Source of the DNA: Octopus vulgaris
Lineage: Eukaryota
NCBI GenBank assembly: GCA_951406725.2
Contig: OX597825.1
Span: 63,240,001-63,304,000 of the forward strand
Length of the DNA: 64,000 bases
Reading direction: 5' to 3'
Below, in pieces: positions 26,771 through 41,280 of the stretch. The position numbers and the translations under genes were made by a program. Each line of letters starts with the position of its first letter. Position 1 is the first letter of the stretch. The notes below the pieces were generated by a model. That model worked only from the letters and a program-made list of their open reading frames with translations. It made no database searches and was not told where the DNA came from.

Positions 26771-27309
26771 GCCTATTACATAATACCATGTATTCTACTA
26801 AAGATTTTTCAGTAATTGATTAAAGAATAAGATTGCTCCATGCGTTTCAAAGAGGTGACTAGTCATAGAGAAAATATTATGATCACTGTTCTAAAGATTT
26901 GGGTCCATGGTCACACATAAATGCTATATGTCATACTGCTTGTGACCTTCACACTTCCCTCTGAGTTGTTTTGTATCACCTTTGCAGGCCTTCTGTAACT
27001 AATGCAGTTAATATGATTAATATTCAGACGTGATTATCTGTAAGATAACATCTGTAGGAAAAACTGTAAGAAAAAGTGTGAAAAGGGAATTATGATATGT
27101 TTACACTCTGGAGAAAAAAAGACCGAAGTATATGGCTAGTGTGAAACTGTGAAGAGAGACATTAGGAGCAATGAAAGGAGGAGGGACATTAGAGAAATTG
27201 AAAGAAAGACGGTTGTGTTTGACTGAACTAGATGGAGGTAATAAGCAAAAAGCTAATAATAAAAGTAGAAAATCAGAAGCTGTTGTAACAATGATCTAGT
27301 ATACTTAAA

Positions 27310-27469
27310 GGTGCAGGTGTGACTATATGGTAAATAGCTTGCTTACCAACCTCATGGTTCTGGGTTAAGTCCAATGGCATGGCACTTTGGGCAAGTGTCT
27401 TCTACTATAGCATCGAGCCAACCAAAGCCTTGTGAATGGATTTGGTAGACAGAGACTGAAAGAAGCTCG

Positions 27470-27519
<50 letters not shown>

Positions 27520-27632
27520 ATATATGTATGTATATGCTTGTGTGTCTGTGTTTGCCCCCCCCCCATATCATCGCTTGGTGTGTTTACCAACAACATGGTT
27601 TTGGGTTCAGTCCCACTGCATGACACCTTGGG
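27310..27632 (+). mobile_element. SINE-A, rearranged with a partial second head
   Basis: A head and body, then tgggttcagtcccactgcatgacaccttggg again. Confidence 0.8.
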
Positions 27633-27876
27633 AAAAGCTGAAACAAATACATAAAAGAATAAAAAAAAAGAATAAAAGCGTAATAATAATGGGCATAAAT
27701 GTAGGTTGGCTGGTCAGTTTCTCCAGTCATACTTTACACTGTATAGAGGAGAGTGTTAAATAGGGATACCAGGAGAGTTCACATAAGAGATGCAGTATGA
27801 GAGTAAATAGCAGGTGTGGTGACAAGCAATGAGTAAAGGAATGCTACTTACACATGGTGAAAGAGAATCATAGAAA

Positions 27877-28275
27877 AGGTGACGAGCTGGCAGAAACGTT
27901 AGCATGCCGGGCAAAATGCTTAGTGGTATTTTGTCTGCTGTTACGTTCTGACTTCAAATTCCGCTGAGGTTGACTTTACCTTTCATCCTTTTGGGGTTGA
28001 TAGATTAAGTACCAGTTATGCAATGGGGTCGATATAATTGACTTAATCTCTTTGTCTGTCCTTGTTTGTCCCCTCTATGTTTCGCCCCTTGTGGTTAATA
28101 AAGAAATAGGTATTTTGTCTGTCTTCGTGTTCTGAGTTCAAATTCTACCAAGGTTGACTTTGGCTTTCATTTTTTTGGGGTCGATAAATTAAGTACGAGT
28201 TGCGTTCTGGGGTCGATCTAAGCAACTGGCCCCTTCCCCCAAACTTTCGGGCCTTGTGCCTAGAGTAGACAAGAA
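27877..28275 (+). mobile_element. SINE-B dimer
   Basis: One head and two bodies inside a single TSD agaatcatagaaa (27864-27876 and 28276-28288). Confidence 0.9.
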
Positions 28276-28851
28276 AGAATCATAGAAATTGGGGAGAGAG
28301 AGGAGGAGGAGGAGTGGGACGAGGAAGGGGAAGGGTGATGTGAAGGAGAAGGGTGATGATGATAATGAGGAAGAGGAGCAGCAGAAGGAGGAGAAGGACA
28401 AGGAGTAAAAGGAGGAAGAATAAATGCTAGAGTACTTATGAGAAGTGCTATACAGAAGAGAAATTTATTCCATTTCATCAAATTTTATTTTCCTTAAAGG
28501 TAATAATAATTTTTTTGTTTTTGGAAAATTAGAATTCAATTCATACATTTGTATAAACGGCAAGAAATTTCATAACAATCTGTAACTATTGCATAAGTGA
28601 GATCATTCTGAATATTATCAATGGTAACAAAAGTATACTTTTAAAGTTACACACTAGTTTTTTCATAAATCCTTTGATGCTGACATAATCTTATACTTAA
28701 GTGTGACATAGCATTAGAATCACTAATGCATTGTTGGAGCAGCCAATAGAATTTTCAATTGTCTCTATACAAAATAACATAGAATTTAATTTTTTCTATA
28801 ATAATGATCTTCAGTTTGTGAAACAGGCTTCTCTTTTTAAGTCTTCTTAAA

Positions 28852-28987
28852 TACGAAGTGGGTGCTGAAAAATTCCTGGCTTTAAGGGTATTGTGAAAGG
28901 CCTGGTTGGGGGCCCAACTTTCCATGTTCTTTTACAGGTCTTAGGAAAGCTGAAGGACTGCTGCAATAAGTGTGTGAATCTGAGAGG
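28852..28987 (+). mobile_element. Short non-autonomous mariner derivative (partial)
   Basis: tacgaagtgggtgctgaaaaattcctggc TIR-like start and mariner-like C-terminus KLKDCCNKCVNLRG. Confidence 0.55.
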
Positions 28988-29039
28988 CTATAGTAGAAGA
29001 CACTTGCCCAAGATTCCACGCAGAGGGACTGAACTCCCG

Positions 29040-29724
29040 CACCTCAGTACATGTTTTGGGGACATGGCAGGCCTACAGTTATTCTGTGTGTTCACCATCT
29101 TATCCTGGCAGAAATTTTTCTCATCTGAGAAAAACCAAAGCATGTTCAGTTGGAGGGGATGCTTGAGTTTGTTCAAAAGTCTCATAGTGTGGTGTTTCTT
29201 CTTGTCCCCGATGGCTTGGGATAAAAATTGGGCCATTCTCATCTTGTATGAGGAATACCAAATGTCTTCATGCACTAACTGCCTGATTAGTAATTCAGAC
29301 ACCCATGTCCTTGCGATGGATCTGATTGACTTGGAGGGATCGTTGCCAATCATGGCCAGGATCTCACCAAGAAATTCAGGAGTTCTTTTCTTATCAGAAC
29401 GATCAGAGTGAATTTTCCAAGCAGCTATACATTTGTAATCACCATTATATTCATCCAACTCTTTCCGAATCCTCTGCACTGCCCTTAGATAGACACCCAA
29501 ACACTCTGAAATATCCATATTGGAGTTTCTGTCACACCTGAGAAGCAGTACAGCATGTTGTTTCCAAATTTCTGACAGAGTGAATTGTGTCATGGTGCTG
29601 TTTTCCTCACAGACGGTGCCCAACTGATCCTACTATACTGTGTAGTCAACAAAATCAAAAACAAAACAATGCACATTCACAAAATTATAAATACAAATGG
29701 CAACAATTTACCTATCGCACCCTG
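29040..29724 (-). mobile_element. Tc1/mariner-superfamily transposon, maT (DD37D)-like, 3'-truncated
   Basis: ORF from 29593 MTQFTLSE...DPSKSIRSIAR...WFFSDEKNFCQDKMVNTQNN; terminus ta-cagggtgcgataggtaaattg. Confidence 0.85.
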
Positions 29725-29795
29725 TATGTATTTATGCATGTGTGTGTGTATGCATGTATGTGTACACACAGACACAAACGCATATATACATACAC

Positions 29796-29852
<57 letters not shown>

Positions 29853-30532
29853 TAAATATATGGCTATGGAGTTAAGAAGCTCAGTTTGCAGCCATCTGAT
29901 TTCAGATTGTCCCACTGCATCTTGAACAGGTGTTGGTTTGTTTACATCCTTATAACTTAGCAGTTTAGCAAGCAATATAAATAGATTAAGTAGCGGGTTA
30001 TAAAATAAATACTGGGGATCAATTTTGTTTGACTGAACCTTTCTAGGTGGTGCACCAGAATGCCCAAAGCCCAATGATTGACACAAGTAGAAGAGAGGAA
30101 AAAAGAAAACACATGAAATGACTACAGAGAGAGTAAGAGTGATAGAAAGAGAGACAGAAGGACAGAGAGAGAGAGAGAAGAGAGAGTGAGAGAGTCATCA
30201 AGAGTGATAAAGCAGAGGAGACAGTATGTCTGTGGTTCTCAAGTTGCAGTGAATTATTTGCAGTTTATTGGTAAGTAGCCAGATGGCCTTCTTTTGGATG
30301 AAGTCTAAGATGCTGAGTATGGCCAGAACAACACAACACAACAACAACAACAGCAGCAGCCAGCGTGACAGTAATTGTAATAAATTAATATAAGGAATAT
30401 GATACTACCACACTGAAGTGGCCAAAACTGAAACTGATACTCTGACCGATACTCTGTTAGAGAATTTGGCATTCAGCGCTGGCAGTGATATCGAGGCAGG
30501 TGTTATTATCCTCCTGGTATCTGTCAGTCAGA

Positions 30533-30849
30533 TGGAGGCACAATGGCCCAGTGGTTAGAGCAGCGGACTTGCGGTTGGAGGATCATGGTTTCGATTCCCA
30601 GACCGGGCGTTGTGTGTGTTTATTGAGTGAAAACACATAAAAGCTCCACGAGGCTCTGGCAGGGGGTGGGGTGACCCCTGTTGTACTCTTTCACCACAAC
30701 TTTCTCTCACTCTCTCTTCCTGTTTCTTGAGTAATGCTGCGATGGACTGGCATACCGTCCAGCTGGGGGGGAACACATATCCCACAGAAACCGGGAAACT
30801 GTGCCCATGAGGTTGTCTAGGCTTGAAAAGGGCGACGTTTATTTTTTTG
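30533..30849 (+). mobile_element. SINE-C
   Basis: C consensus; TSD tctg(t/g)cagtcag. Confidence 0.9.
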
Positions 30850-30986
30850 TCTGGCAGTCAGTGAGTTTTCTTCTTCAAACAATGGCTCTATCTTGTGGTG
30901 CACTGAGGCAGATTCTTTCACAAACTTGTAGAAGGCTTTAGGATTCATTTCATATATGCATATATACATATACATGTACACACTCG

Positions 30987-31404
30987 TGTGGAGTGGCTGT
31001 GTTGTAAGTAGCTTGCTTACCAACCACATGGTTCTGGGTTCATTCCCACTGTGTGGCACCTTGGGCAAGTATCTTCTACTATAGCCTTGGGCCGACCAAA
31101 GCATTGTGAGTGGATTTGGTTGATGGAAACTGAAAGAAGTCAGCCGTATATATGTGTATACATATGTGTGTGTGTGTGTGTGTGTATGTTTGTGTGACTC
31201 TGTTTGTCCCCGCCAACATCGCTTGACAACCGATGCTGGTATGTTTACGTCCCTGTAATTTAGCGGTTTGGCAAAAGAGACTGATAGAATAATTACTAGG
31301 CTTCCAAAGAATAAGTCCTGGGTTGGTCAATTTGCTTGACTAAAAGGCAGTGCTCCAGCATGGCCGCAGTCAAACGACTGAAACGAGTAAAAGAGTAAAG
31401 AGAG
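30987..31404 (+). mobile_element. SINE-A full length
   Basis: A consensus. Confidence 0.9.
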
Positions 31405-32134
31405 TATGGATATAGATACACACACACACACGTGCACGCACACACACACACATACACACACACACACACACACACATAGTTTTTGACCCTCTGGACGATC
31501 TAAATCTTCCTAATTGATGTCTTGATTTATTTATTACCAGAGAAGAATCACACTTTAACAAAGAAATTACTCAGTTTTATATATCTCAGAAAATGCCTCT
31601 GTCTGTGTGTCTGATAGAGTGGGCGAACATGAAAGACAATTTAGCCCACAGTTCACACTTAATAGATTACTCACAAAAATCTTTGGCCATTAACACCAGA
31701 TAATAACAGCAATATCATATTACTTAGTAGACACTTAATTGTTCATTCAACCTTCTTAATAACATCAGTGCAAACCCTACCTGTTAATTGATACATGGCT
31801 CTGAAGTCAGTAAAAACTTTTAGATTCTATTTATCTATCATTTATGTGTCCATTTAAATTATTTATTTTTTACCTTTATTTTTGTATTCTCTTTGAGTCA
31901 TCTTACTTTTTTTTTACCAGTTTATTTGAATTTATGGTTTGTTATGTATTTTTTTTTTTTTGCTTTATTTATATGCAAATGAAGTGATCCAAACATCCTG
32001 GTTAATGGGTATATATTCTTGAATGTACAAGTTCATCAGCAAATGGATGTTGTACATAAACCTGATGAGTCAATATTTTTGTGGTATTAGTATAGTTAAA
32101 ATGAAGCAATGTATTGTTATACATATTATATTCT

Positions 32135-32558
32135 TTCCTTTTATTCTTTTACCTGTTTCGGTCATTTGAATGGCCATGCTGGGGCATTGCCTTTAGTCAA
32201 ACAAATCAATCCTAGGACTTATTCTGTTGGTCTCTTCTGCTGAACTGCCAACTTACCTGGATGTAAACACACCAACACTGGTTGTCAAGCGATGATGGGG
32301 GACAAACACAGACACACGCACAAATATATACATATACATACATGCTTACATACATACACACATATACATATATACATATATTTATATATATATATGTGTG
32401 TGTATGTATGTATGACAGGCTTCTTTCATTTTTCAGTCTATGAAATCCACTCACAAGGCTTTGGTCAGCCTGAGGTTATAGTAGAAGACACTTGCCCAAG
32501 GCTCCACACAGTGGGACTGAACCGGGAACCATGTGATTGGAAAGCACTCCTGTGCCTA
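32135..32558 (-). mobile_element. SINE-A
   Basis: Reverse complement of the A consensus with small deletions. Confidence 0.85.
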
Positions 32559-32830
32559 TAATAATTATACAGCAATACTTTCCTGATAAAATGTCAATGA
32601 AACAACTGTAAAATTATGTAATGAAACGAATTGCTCATTCCATATTTTCGGATTTCCATTTCTATCCATTTCTGTTTTATACTTGTATCTGATATCTGGT
32701 ACCTATGGATGGTTTTGATAAAGCATAATCAAAAGTTGACACCCCAATGGAACTTGTATATGTATCAATATCAGCAGTTCATCCCTCAAATCTGAGGATT
32801 ATTTCTCTTCCTCTACAAATATTTAGGCTA

Positions 32831-33430
32831 TCAATAATGGTGACGAATGTGGCTGACAATGCCAACCCTAAAGCAGAACATGTAATTGCATTGGCCACAT
32901 GCAAATGTTGGAGACGGTTGTGTTTGCTGCTTTCTGGCCTTCCATTGCTATTATCTCTCCTCTTTTTTTTTTGTTATTCTTTCTCTTTCAACCAATATTA
33001 CATTATTCTTTATGTTTTTTCAGTAGTCAAGATGGTTGGTTATGGTCATCTCAAAAGCCAGGGTATTGAGGCTGGTCACCATCAGAGTTGACTTTAGCTG
33101 ATCCTTGTAGCATCGAAGAGGGGCTCATCTTTGTCTTTCCCTGGCTGCCATTTGTTAAAGTGGATTTCATGAGGTAGTCATTGATCATTCATCCTGGTGA
33201 CATAGCCAACCCATCGAAGACGATATTTGATGATTAGGGATTCAAAGCCCAGGCTATTCACTCTTTCCATCACTTCACTGAGTTATTGAAAACATAGTCA
33301 AACTACTTGATGCTTAAGAAAGAGAGTGAAGTTTCAGCTGCTGATGAAAGAATTTGGGTTCTTTGATGTCACGACAACAGAAAGTCCAAGGTTCACAACC
33401 ATATTAGGAGCATGGAAATAATTTAACAAG
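32831..33430 (-). mobile_element. Decayed RTE-clade LINE ORF C-terminus with C2H2 finger
   Basis: Fragments YGCEPWT..., LIIKYRLRWVGYVTRMND, CYKDQLKSTL and FACGQCNYMFCFRVGIVSHIRHH*. Confidence 0.85.
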
Positions 33431-33564
33431 ATGGTTGGTTGAAGAAATAAGCTGGTTTGAGTTCCAATATATTGTGTGTATAAATGAAGAATGAGGAGAC
33501 CAGGTAGGATTAAATGAGATGATTTGATCAACCTGTTAAAGAACATTAACATGGCAAAATTGTT

Positions 33565-34000
33565 ACTCTTTCTTTTTTTTACTCTTTTTTTACTCAACTG
33601 TAGCCATGCTGGAGCACTGCCCTTAGTCGAGCAAATCGACTGACCCCAGGACTTATTCTTTGTAAGCCTAGTACTCATTCTATCGGTCTCTTTTGCTGAA
33701 CCACTAAGTTACAGGGATGTAAACACACCAACATCAGTTGTCAAGAGAGGTTGGGGTACAAACACAGACACAGAAACACAGAAACACACACACACACACA
33801 CACACACACAAATATATATATATATATACATATATACGATGGGCTTCTTTCAGGTTCCGTCTACCAAATCTACTCACAAGGCTTTGGTCGGCCCGAGGCT
33901 ATAATAGAAGACACTTGCCCAAGGTGCCATGCAGTGGGACTGAACCTGGAACCATATGGTTGGTAAGGAAGCTACTTACCACACAGCCACTCCTGTGCCT
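33565..34000 (-). mobile_element. SINE-A full length
   Basis: Reverse complement of the A consensus. Confidence 0.9.
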
Positions 34001-34726
34001 ATAACTTGAATGATACTGTCAGAAAATATACATATTGGTTTCTCACGCAGTTGGTACTTGGATAGAAGAGGAAAACAAATGCTTGATATGACTTCTGCTG
34101 AAAGACAGGAAAAGATGTAATGCGTCAAGGCTACCTGTGGCTACCTGCAAAATAAACCTCCTCTGCTAATATCCAAACTCAATTGTGCTTCCCACCTCAC
34201 TGAGGAATAGTGGGAGCAAAGCCACTTTTTAAAGCTGCTAATAGGCTCCAGCAAACAAACCTGGATTTGTCCACACTCAGATGGTCTGTCACATGATGGA
34301 GTGGATAGCCTGCTTAAAGCGAGAAGGACTCGACCATCATGTGACCAGGTCATGTAACCACTTGTAGAAAACATAGCATATGAGCTGATATTTGAATATT
34401 TAAGGGTAGACAGGCAATCTGTGAACATATACTTGCTACAATAGCAACAGTTTGATAGACAATAATCTTCATTTTCAAAGTTAAGCCTTTGTTTTAGAAT
34501 ATGTGTATTGTTAGTTAACCAAATTTGAATAAATCAATCCAATTCTTTGTGCCACATCTTGCTCAGAATTGTATTTGGTAGAGAGAGACAGCAGACTTCA
34601 AAGTTACACAGAGATGAACTTACTTCAGTTATGTGCCCAAAATGACGATGTTATATATATATATATATATTATAATATAATTGAACGCCACGCATCCTCT
34701 TTCAAGTAAGTTTTATCTATCTATCT

Positions 34727-34890
34727 ACACTACACTCTCAGAGTGGGTGGCGTTAGGAATGGCATCCAGCTGTAGAAACTCTGCCAAATCAAGATTGGAG
34801 CCTGGTGCAGCCATCTGGTTCACCAGCCCTCAGTCAAAAGCGTCCAACCCATGCTAGCATGGAAAGTGGACGTTAAACGATGATGATGAG
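34727..34890 (+). mobile_element. Family D (RTE 3'UTR) fragment
   Basis: ggcatccagctgtagaaac...ccaacccatgctagcatggaaagtggacgttaaacgatgatgatga. Confidence 0.85.
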
Positions 34891-36290
34891 GATATATATA
34901 TGTATGCATATTTATATATATAAGTATATATGTATGAATGTATGTAAGTATGTATGTATGCATGTGTAAACATATTTGTATGTATAAGTCATTGATCTAA
35001 TGGTCTTCTTTCCTCATTGAACTAGTATTCCTAACTAGATGTTTGAGTCTGCATTAAAATATTTTCAGCTATTACACACTTTACTCATTTGTAGAATTAT
35101 TTTCAAATACCACACTTCATTCAACCAATCTTATTAGTGAAAATAATTAGGAAATTACTAACTATATGCAAAAACTCAAAACAATACAAAATTTAAATAT
35201 TTAACAGTTAAGCCGTTACCTTCTTTAAAGTAACATAATTGACACTTATTTCATGGAGTTGGTTATATGGGATCTTTATATTTTCTACTTATAAACCATC
35301 CTTCGTTGATGAGTTTCTCACAGTTTCATGTATAAAATATTGCGTCTCTTGTTAAATATTCATATTTCACATTATTTCCAATATTATGTTATTTAATTTA
35401 ATATACTAACTTAAGGATTGTTATCCACCACAATTCCATTTCCAGTATCTAATCTACCTTTATCTAGTTATCTCCCTCTTGTTCATTTATTTTACATCCT
35501 AATTACTCCAGTTTCATGTAGTTATAGCATCCTTGCTCACTTAGTACAGAAACTTCCCTCTTTCATTGCAAGTAGTGAGCAAGGATCTACATCATTGCTT
35601 GTTCTAATGAATATAACAACTTATTTTCCTTCAAATCACATGCTGCTGTTTTAGAAAAAAATGGAAGGATATATGTGATAATGTAGAACTGCTTCTGAAA
35701 CAAAAATAAGGAAATAGACTGGAATTATTTTGACCCGATGTCAGCTTGATCAGGGCTGACCTTAGAGCTAAACAACAGCCTCTTGATACACATATAAGGT
35801 GTTTTTCGCCTTGGCTACCTCTATAATAAAAGACTAAAAATTAATGATAGGATAGAGCAGTTCACTGCTTGGTGTATATCTCTTCATGCTGGAATTATTT
35901 TTGGTCATCTTGTCCTCAACTTGTTAAAGCTGTTGCACTAACCAGACACTGACCAAGCACTCTGCCAATTTTAAAATTCAGTTTTTGCCAAATCTATGAA
36001 CAGGAGCAATGTTAAATTAAAGTGCCATATCAAAAAACATAATGCATCTACTAAACCAGAAGTTAAAGACTTGATTTCATGATCAAGAACCAACTTAACC
36101 ATCTTTCTCCAACTTTGTCTTATTGTACTTCATCTGGCTGTACTACTTCAAAACCATCTCTATTGCAGTCCAACAACTCTAGTCCCAACCTTGTTTCCAG
36201 TCCTTTATATGTCTAAGGTGCTACCCTGCCTGTCTTTCTCTCATTGCTCTCCCTGTACTCACCCACCACTCTTATTCCTCTCTCCTTTAA

Positions 36291-36511
36291 CCCTTTCAAT
36301 ACCAACCCAGCTGAAACTAGCTCTGGCTAAATCATACAAATGTCTTGTTTTCATAAGTTTTGAATTAAGATCTTCCACCAAACCTTAGTCACAATTCATG
36401 TTCCCAACACTAGCTGAATGATATCTAAGTTATTTTACTAAATTCTTTGTTATATTTAAAGTAATTGAAAGAAACACAGAGCATCTCAAAATAAATACAA
36501 TAACGAAAGTG
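36291..36511. mobile_element. piggyBac-type MITE E2
   Basis: TTAA at 36287-36290 and 36512-36515; closely similar to 23140-23361. Confidence 0.85.
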
Positions 36512-36879
36512 TTAACAGTGTCTCCTACGTCACTCACTCCACTGCTTTCCACTTACAACCATTAACCTGTTCTATTTGTCATATTCCACTCTCTATCATT
36601 AACCAGCCCAGAAACATCACATCCTCTCTTTTCTATTCTCCTTCAATTATTGGGTGTACTTTAGAGCCTTTATCACACAAATTCTAAGATGACCATATTC
36701 AGGTTGGTACCACCTTAAAGTGGTTGGCATTAGGGAGGTCATCAATGCATTGAAACCAGCATGCATTGGAACACCATGCTTGACTCTATCCTGGCCAGTT
36801 CTGCTGAATCATCCAACCCATGCCTGAACAGAAGAAGGATGCTGATGATAAACGATGCTGCTGCTGCTGCTGATGATAT

Positions 36880-37050
36880 ATGTATGCATGCATGTATGTA
36901 TGTATGTATGTATGTATGTATGTATGTATGTATGTATGTATGTATGTATGTATGTATGCATGCATGCATGCATGCATGCATGCATGCATGCATGCATGCA
37001 TGCATGTATGTATGTATGTATGTATGTATGTATGTATGTATGTATGTATG
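36880..37050. repeat. (TATG)n-(CATG)n-(TATG)n tetranucleotide tract
   Basis: Directly visible. Confidence 0.95.
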
Positions 37051-37389
37051 CACACACCTTCAAACACAAAAAACAAAGGCTTCTTACAGTTTTTCTAAAA
37101 CCTAATTCACTCACTTGGCATTATTTGTCTTTGGCCCTCATTAGAAGACACTTTCCCTAAGGTGCATAGTGAAGCTAAATCTGAAACCATGGAAACATCT
37201 GTGTGTGATGCCTTCATGTTTTTTAACGTTGGTTTTGAACCTTGCAGTCATGCCTGCTCCAGTTGTTGTCTACTTGATAAATATACATTTTTAACCTTAC
37301 TGTGAAAAATAATTAAATGATTACAATACAGGATTTGAACCATCCTTAGGCAGAAAGATTGGAATTGATACCATGGGAACATCAGCAGA

Positions 37390-37622
37390 AGGTGGTGAGT
37401 TGGCAGAAACGTTAGCACACCGGGCGAAATGCTTAGCGGTATTTCATTTGCCTTTACGTTCTGAGTTCAAATTCCGCCGAGGTCGACTTTGCCTTCATCC
37501 TTTCGAGGTCGATAAATTAAGTACCACTTACACACTGGGGTCGATGTAATTGACTTAATCCCTTTGTCTGTTCTTGTTTGTCTCCTCTATGTTTAGCCCC
37601 TTGTGGACAATAATGAAATAAG
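37390..37622 (+). mobile_element. SINE-B
   Basis: B consensus, low divergence. Confidence 0.9.
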
Positions 37623-38221
37623 AAAGACTGGAATTGCTTTGACTAGTTTCTAGCCTTCTTTGGCCCATATCATCTTTATGTTCACAAACAAAATAGAGGT
37701 TTTTGTTTATGACATATATGAACTTACACACAGCTTCACTGATCATCTAATTTGCATAGCAGTGCATGTATTGACAATACACTTTATTAATAAATAAGTT
37801 AATAATGGTAGTTAATGATGGTTGTTACTTTAGATACAAGGCTGGTTATTTTGAGCGAATGAGACTGTTTGATATTATAGTCCCCTGTATATATCTGTTA
37901 TTTATGAAAGTATAAAAGGCAAAATTGATCTTGGCTGGATATAAATGCACAAATTGTAAGAGATGGGAAAAATAGCACAAAATATTCTTTCTGACATGTT
38001 AATAATTCTGTTAATCCATCTGTCAAAGTGAATTAATTAATTTATTAATTAATTAATAATGTGCTGTAAAAAGGAACTCTGATGAAGGTTTATTATGGTT
38101 ATGTACAAATTAGGGAGATGATACCCATTTTTGCTCCTAAGAAGTGATAAAAACTTATAGTGAAAACAGTTTGGTGGTCTAACCTATTGAAGCTAAAATT
38201 TGTAAGTTTATAAAGTTTATA

Positions 38222-38625
38222 GGCTCAGGAGTGGCTGTGTGGTAAGTAGCTTGTTTACCAACCACATGGTTCTGGGTTCAGTCTCACTGCGTGGCACCTT
38301 GGGCAAGTGTCTTCTACTATTGCCTCGGGCCGACCAAAGCCTTGTGAGTGGATTTGGTAGACGGAAACTGAAAGAAGCCTGTCGTATATATGTATATATA
38401 TATGAGTGTGTGTGCGTGTTTGTCCCCCTAGTATTGCTTGACAACCGATGCTGGTGTGTTTATGTCCCCGTTACTTAGCAGTTCGGCAAAAAAAGACCGA
38501 TAGAATAAGTACTGGGCTTACAAAAGAATAAGTGCCGGGGTCGAGTTGCTCAATTAAAGGTGGTGCTCCAGCATGGCCGCAGTCAAATGACTGAAACAAG
38601 TAAAAGAGTAAAAGAGAGTAAAGAG
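38222..38625 (+). mobile_element. SINE-A full length
   Basis: A consensus. Confidence 0.9.
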
Positions 38626-39439
38626 TGATATAGATAATATTAGAATTTGAAAATAGTTTACAATCAAAGAAGCCTTGAATAATTTGGGGACACAACACCT
38701 TATTTATGAATAATGAATAATAAAAATAAAGTAACTTTAGAATTTATTGCAGCTTCTTCACTGAACTCATTTGTCAATATAATAACGAATGGTTGTTCCA
38801 ATGTTTAATATTTGTGGCATTGTCTATTGAAGACAAAATGAGATTGTGAAATAATTGTGTTGCAATTCTGAGTACAAACTAGCACTGATCAGAATCAGAA
38901 TTGCAATGTTGCACTTCTAATAGTTTGGAGTTGATTTATTGAACACATTTGACCAGTAAAACACTTAAGAAAAGGCCATATAGAATTCTGCTGACAGAGA
39001 TTTCAAATGTTGCAATCATTGAAAAATGTGAACAATATTCTTGATGCCAGCTTTTACTAATTAGTGAAGCTAAGTAGCATTGCAATTACCCTCATTAATA
39101 CACTAAGTATGTGACTTATTAAGCAAGTGAGATAATATGTCAAATGATGAGAATCTCTTAGAATTAGAGCTGAAATTCTCTTGTGGGTGGCACGGAATGC
39201 ATTAATTTTGATTACTAAGTAGGATGTCCTGTATATTCTAGCTTTGATTCCTGTCCAAAATTTTCTTCTGCGATTCATGATTTGTTATCTTGATGGAATT
39301 TATTTTCTGGTCACTCATCTGTGAACACGTCACTGTTTCTTGCTTTGCAATTTCTCAAAAGGGATATAATATATATATATACACATATACATTCATAAAT
39401 ACATACCTATATATGTCCTGATACACAAAGACAGACTCA

Positions 39440-39446
<7 letters not shown>

Positions 39447-39532
<86 letters not shown>

Positions 39533-39561
39533 ACACACACAAACAAACACACAAACACACA
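39447..39561. repeat. (CA)n microsatellite
   Basis: Directly visible. Confidence 0.95.
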
Positions 39562-40091
39562 TATTGACACTCTTTAAAGATTTATGTAGACACTTGGTAA
39601 CCATGATGGAGTTAAAAATTGTAAATGTTTTGCTATCTAGAATAGTTTTACACATGCACGCATGTACACATGTATACACACACACAAGCCCTTTAGATAA
39701 AGCAAAGGAGTTGATTCTATCATTTTGTACAAATCTAATATTGATATATTTGGCAAAGAAATAGCAAATGACTTCATTAATAATAACAAATATTAATTTT
39801 TAACATAATGTTTCATCGAATATAAAACTTTTATCCTGGTTGAAGGGCTTCTGATGTTCAATGTTGGCTACGCATCTGCACACATAAATGCAGGCCTGGA
39901 CAAGATTTGCTTTAAGGAAGACTAGTAGTTACCCATGCATGCAATTGACCCTTCTCTTCACCACTGACTTTCATATGAAGGAAAAGTTTTTGACAGATTG
40001 ATACAGCTTGGTACCAATGCTGTCACAAGCATTGCCATCAGAACATAAGAGAATGGAGTTAATACTACAAAGCTTCTTCCCCAAACCTCAA

Positions 40092-40487
40092 ACATCATCA
40101 TCATCGTCATTGTCGTCATCGTCATCGTTGTTGTCGTCATCGTCATCGTTGTTGTCATCATCGTCGTTGTCATCATCGTCATTGTCACTGTCATCATCGT
40201 TATTGTCGTTGTTGTCATCGTCATCATCGTTATTGTCATCGTCATTATCATTGTCATCATCGTCCTCGTCGTTGTCATCATTGTCATCATTGTTGTCGTC
40301 ATCATCGTTGTCGTCATCATCATCCTCATCGTCGTTGTCATCATCATCGTCGTCATCGCTGTCGTCATCATCGTCGTCGTCGTTGTCGTCATCATCATTG
40401 TTGTTGTCGTCATCGTCATTGTTGTCATTGTCATTGTCATTGTCATCATCGTCACCGCCACCACCACTGTCATTGTTGTCGTTGTCC
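40092..40487. repeat. (TCA/TCG/TTG)n tract adjoining a minus-strand family D fragment (about 40495-40655)
   Basis: Directly visible; D motif cagctgggtgcccttcctaacacca follows. Confidence 0.9.
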
Positions 40488-41120
40488 TCCACCTTCTTTA
40501 ACATTCAGTTTGCATACTGGAATGGGTTGGATGGTTTGATCAGAGCTGGCAAACTGGGGAGCTGCACCAGATTCCAGTCTGATTTGGCATGGTTCTTACA
40601 GCTGGGTGCCCTTCCTAACACCAGTCACTTTACAATGTGTGCTGGGTGCTTTTAGTGTAGCAGCAGCAGAAGCACTTTATGTGGTACTATCACAAGAGCT
40701 TTTTAGGTGGCACAATCCACTTCATCAGGAGGAGTAACATTAACACTTCTGCTGTGGAGAATGGACCTTCTTCAATACAACATTTCTTTCAATCTGAAAC
40801 TCTGATTTGGTATGTGTTTTTTGACTCCGAAATGATGGAAAACAATGATGACAATTTTGGGCCAATATTGAAATGTATTCATACTACCATAAAAAGATGA
40901 GTTTCAGTTTTGTTGTGGCAAGACTTGTGGGGACATGGTAAAATACAAACTAGACATTATAAATTTGCTTAAATTCAAGAAGCCACTTAACTTAGAAAGT
41001 ACTGTTTTATTTATACACTTACATACATACATGTACATTCATACATACATACATTGTATCTTTGTTTGAAACTGGCTCCCTCCTCAGTGGAAGATTTATG
41101 ATAATTAAAAAATAGAAAAG

Positions 41121-41280
41121 ACATACATACATACATACATACATACATACATACATACATACATACATACATACATACATACATACATACATACATACAT
41201 ACATACATACATACACACATACATACATACATATGTACATATATACATACATATATATGTACATGCATGCATGCATGCAT
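41121..41280. repeat. (ACAT)n microsatellite
   Basis: Directly visible. Confidence 0.95.

Noticed and set aside
34140-34380. GC-richer segment with repeated cat(g/c)tgac-like words
   Set aside because: Probably an old element fragment, but no ORF, terminus or second copy supports a call.
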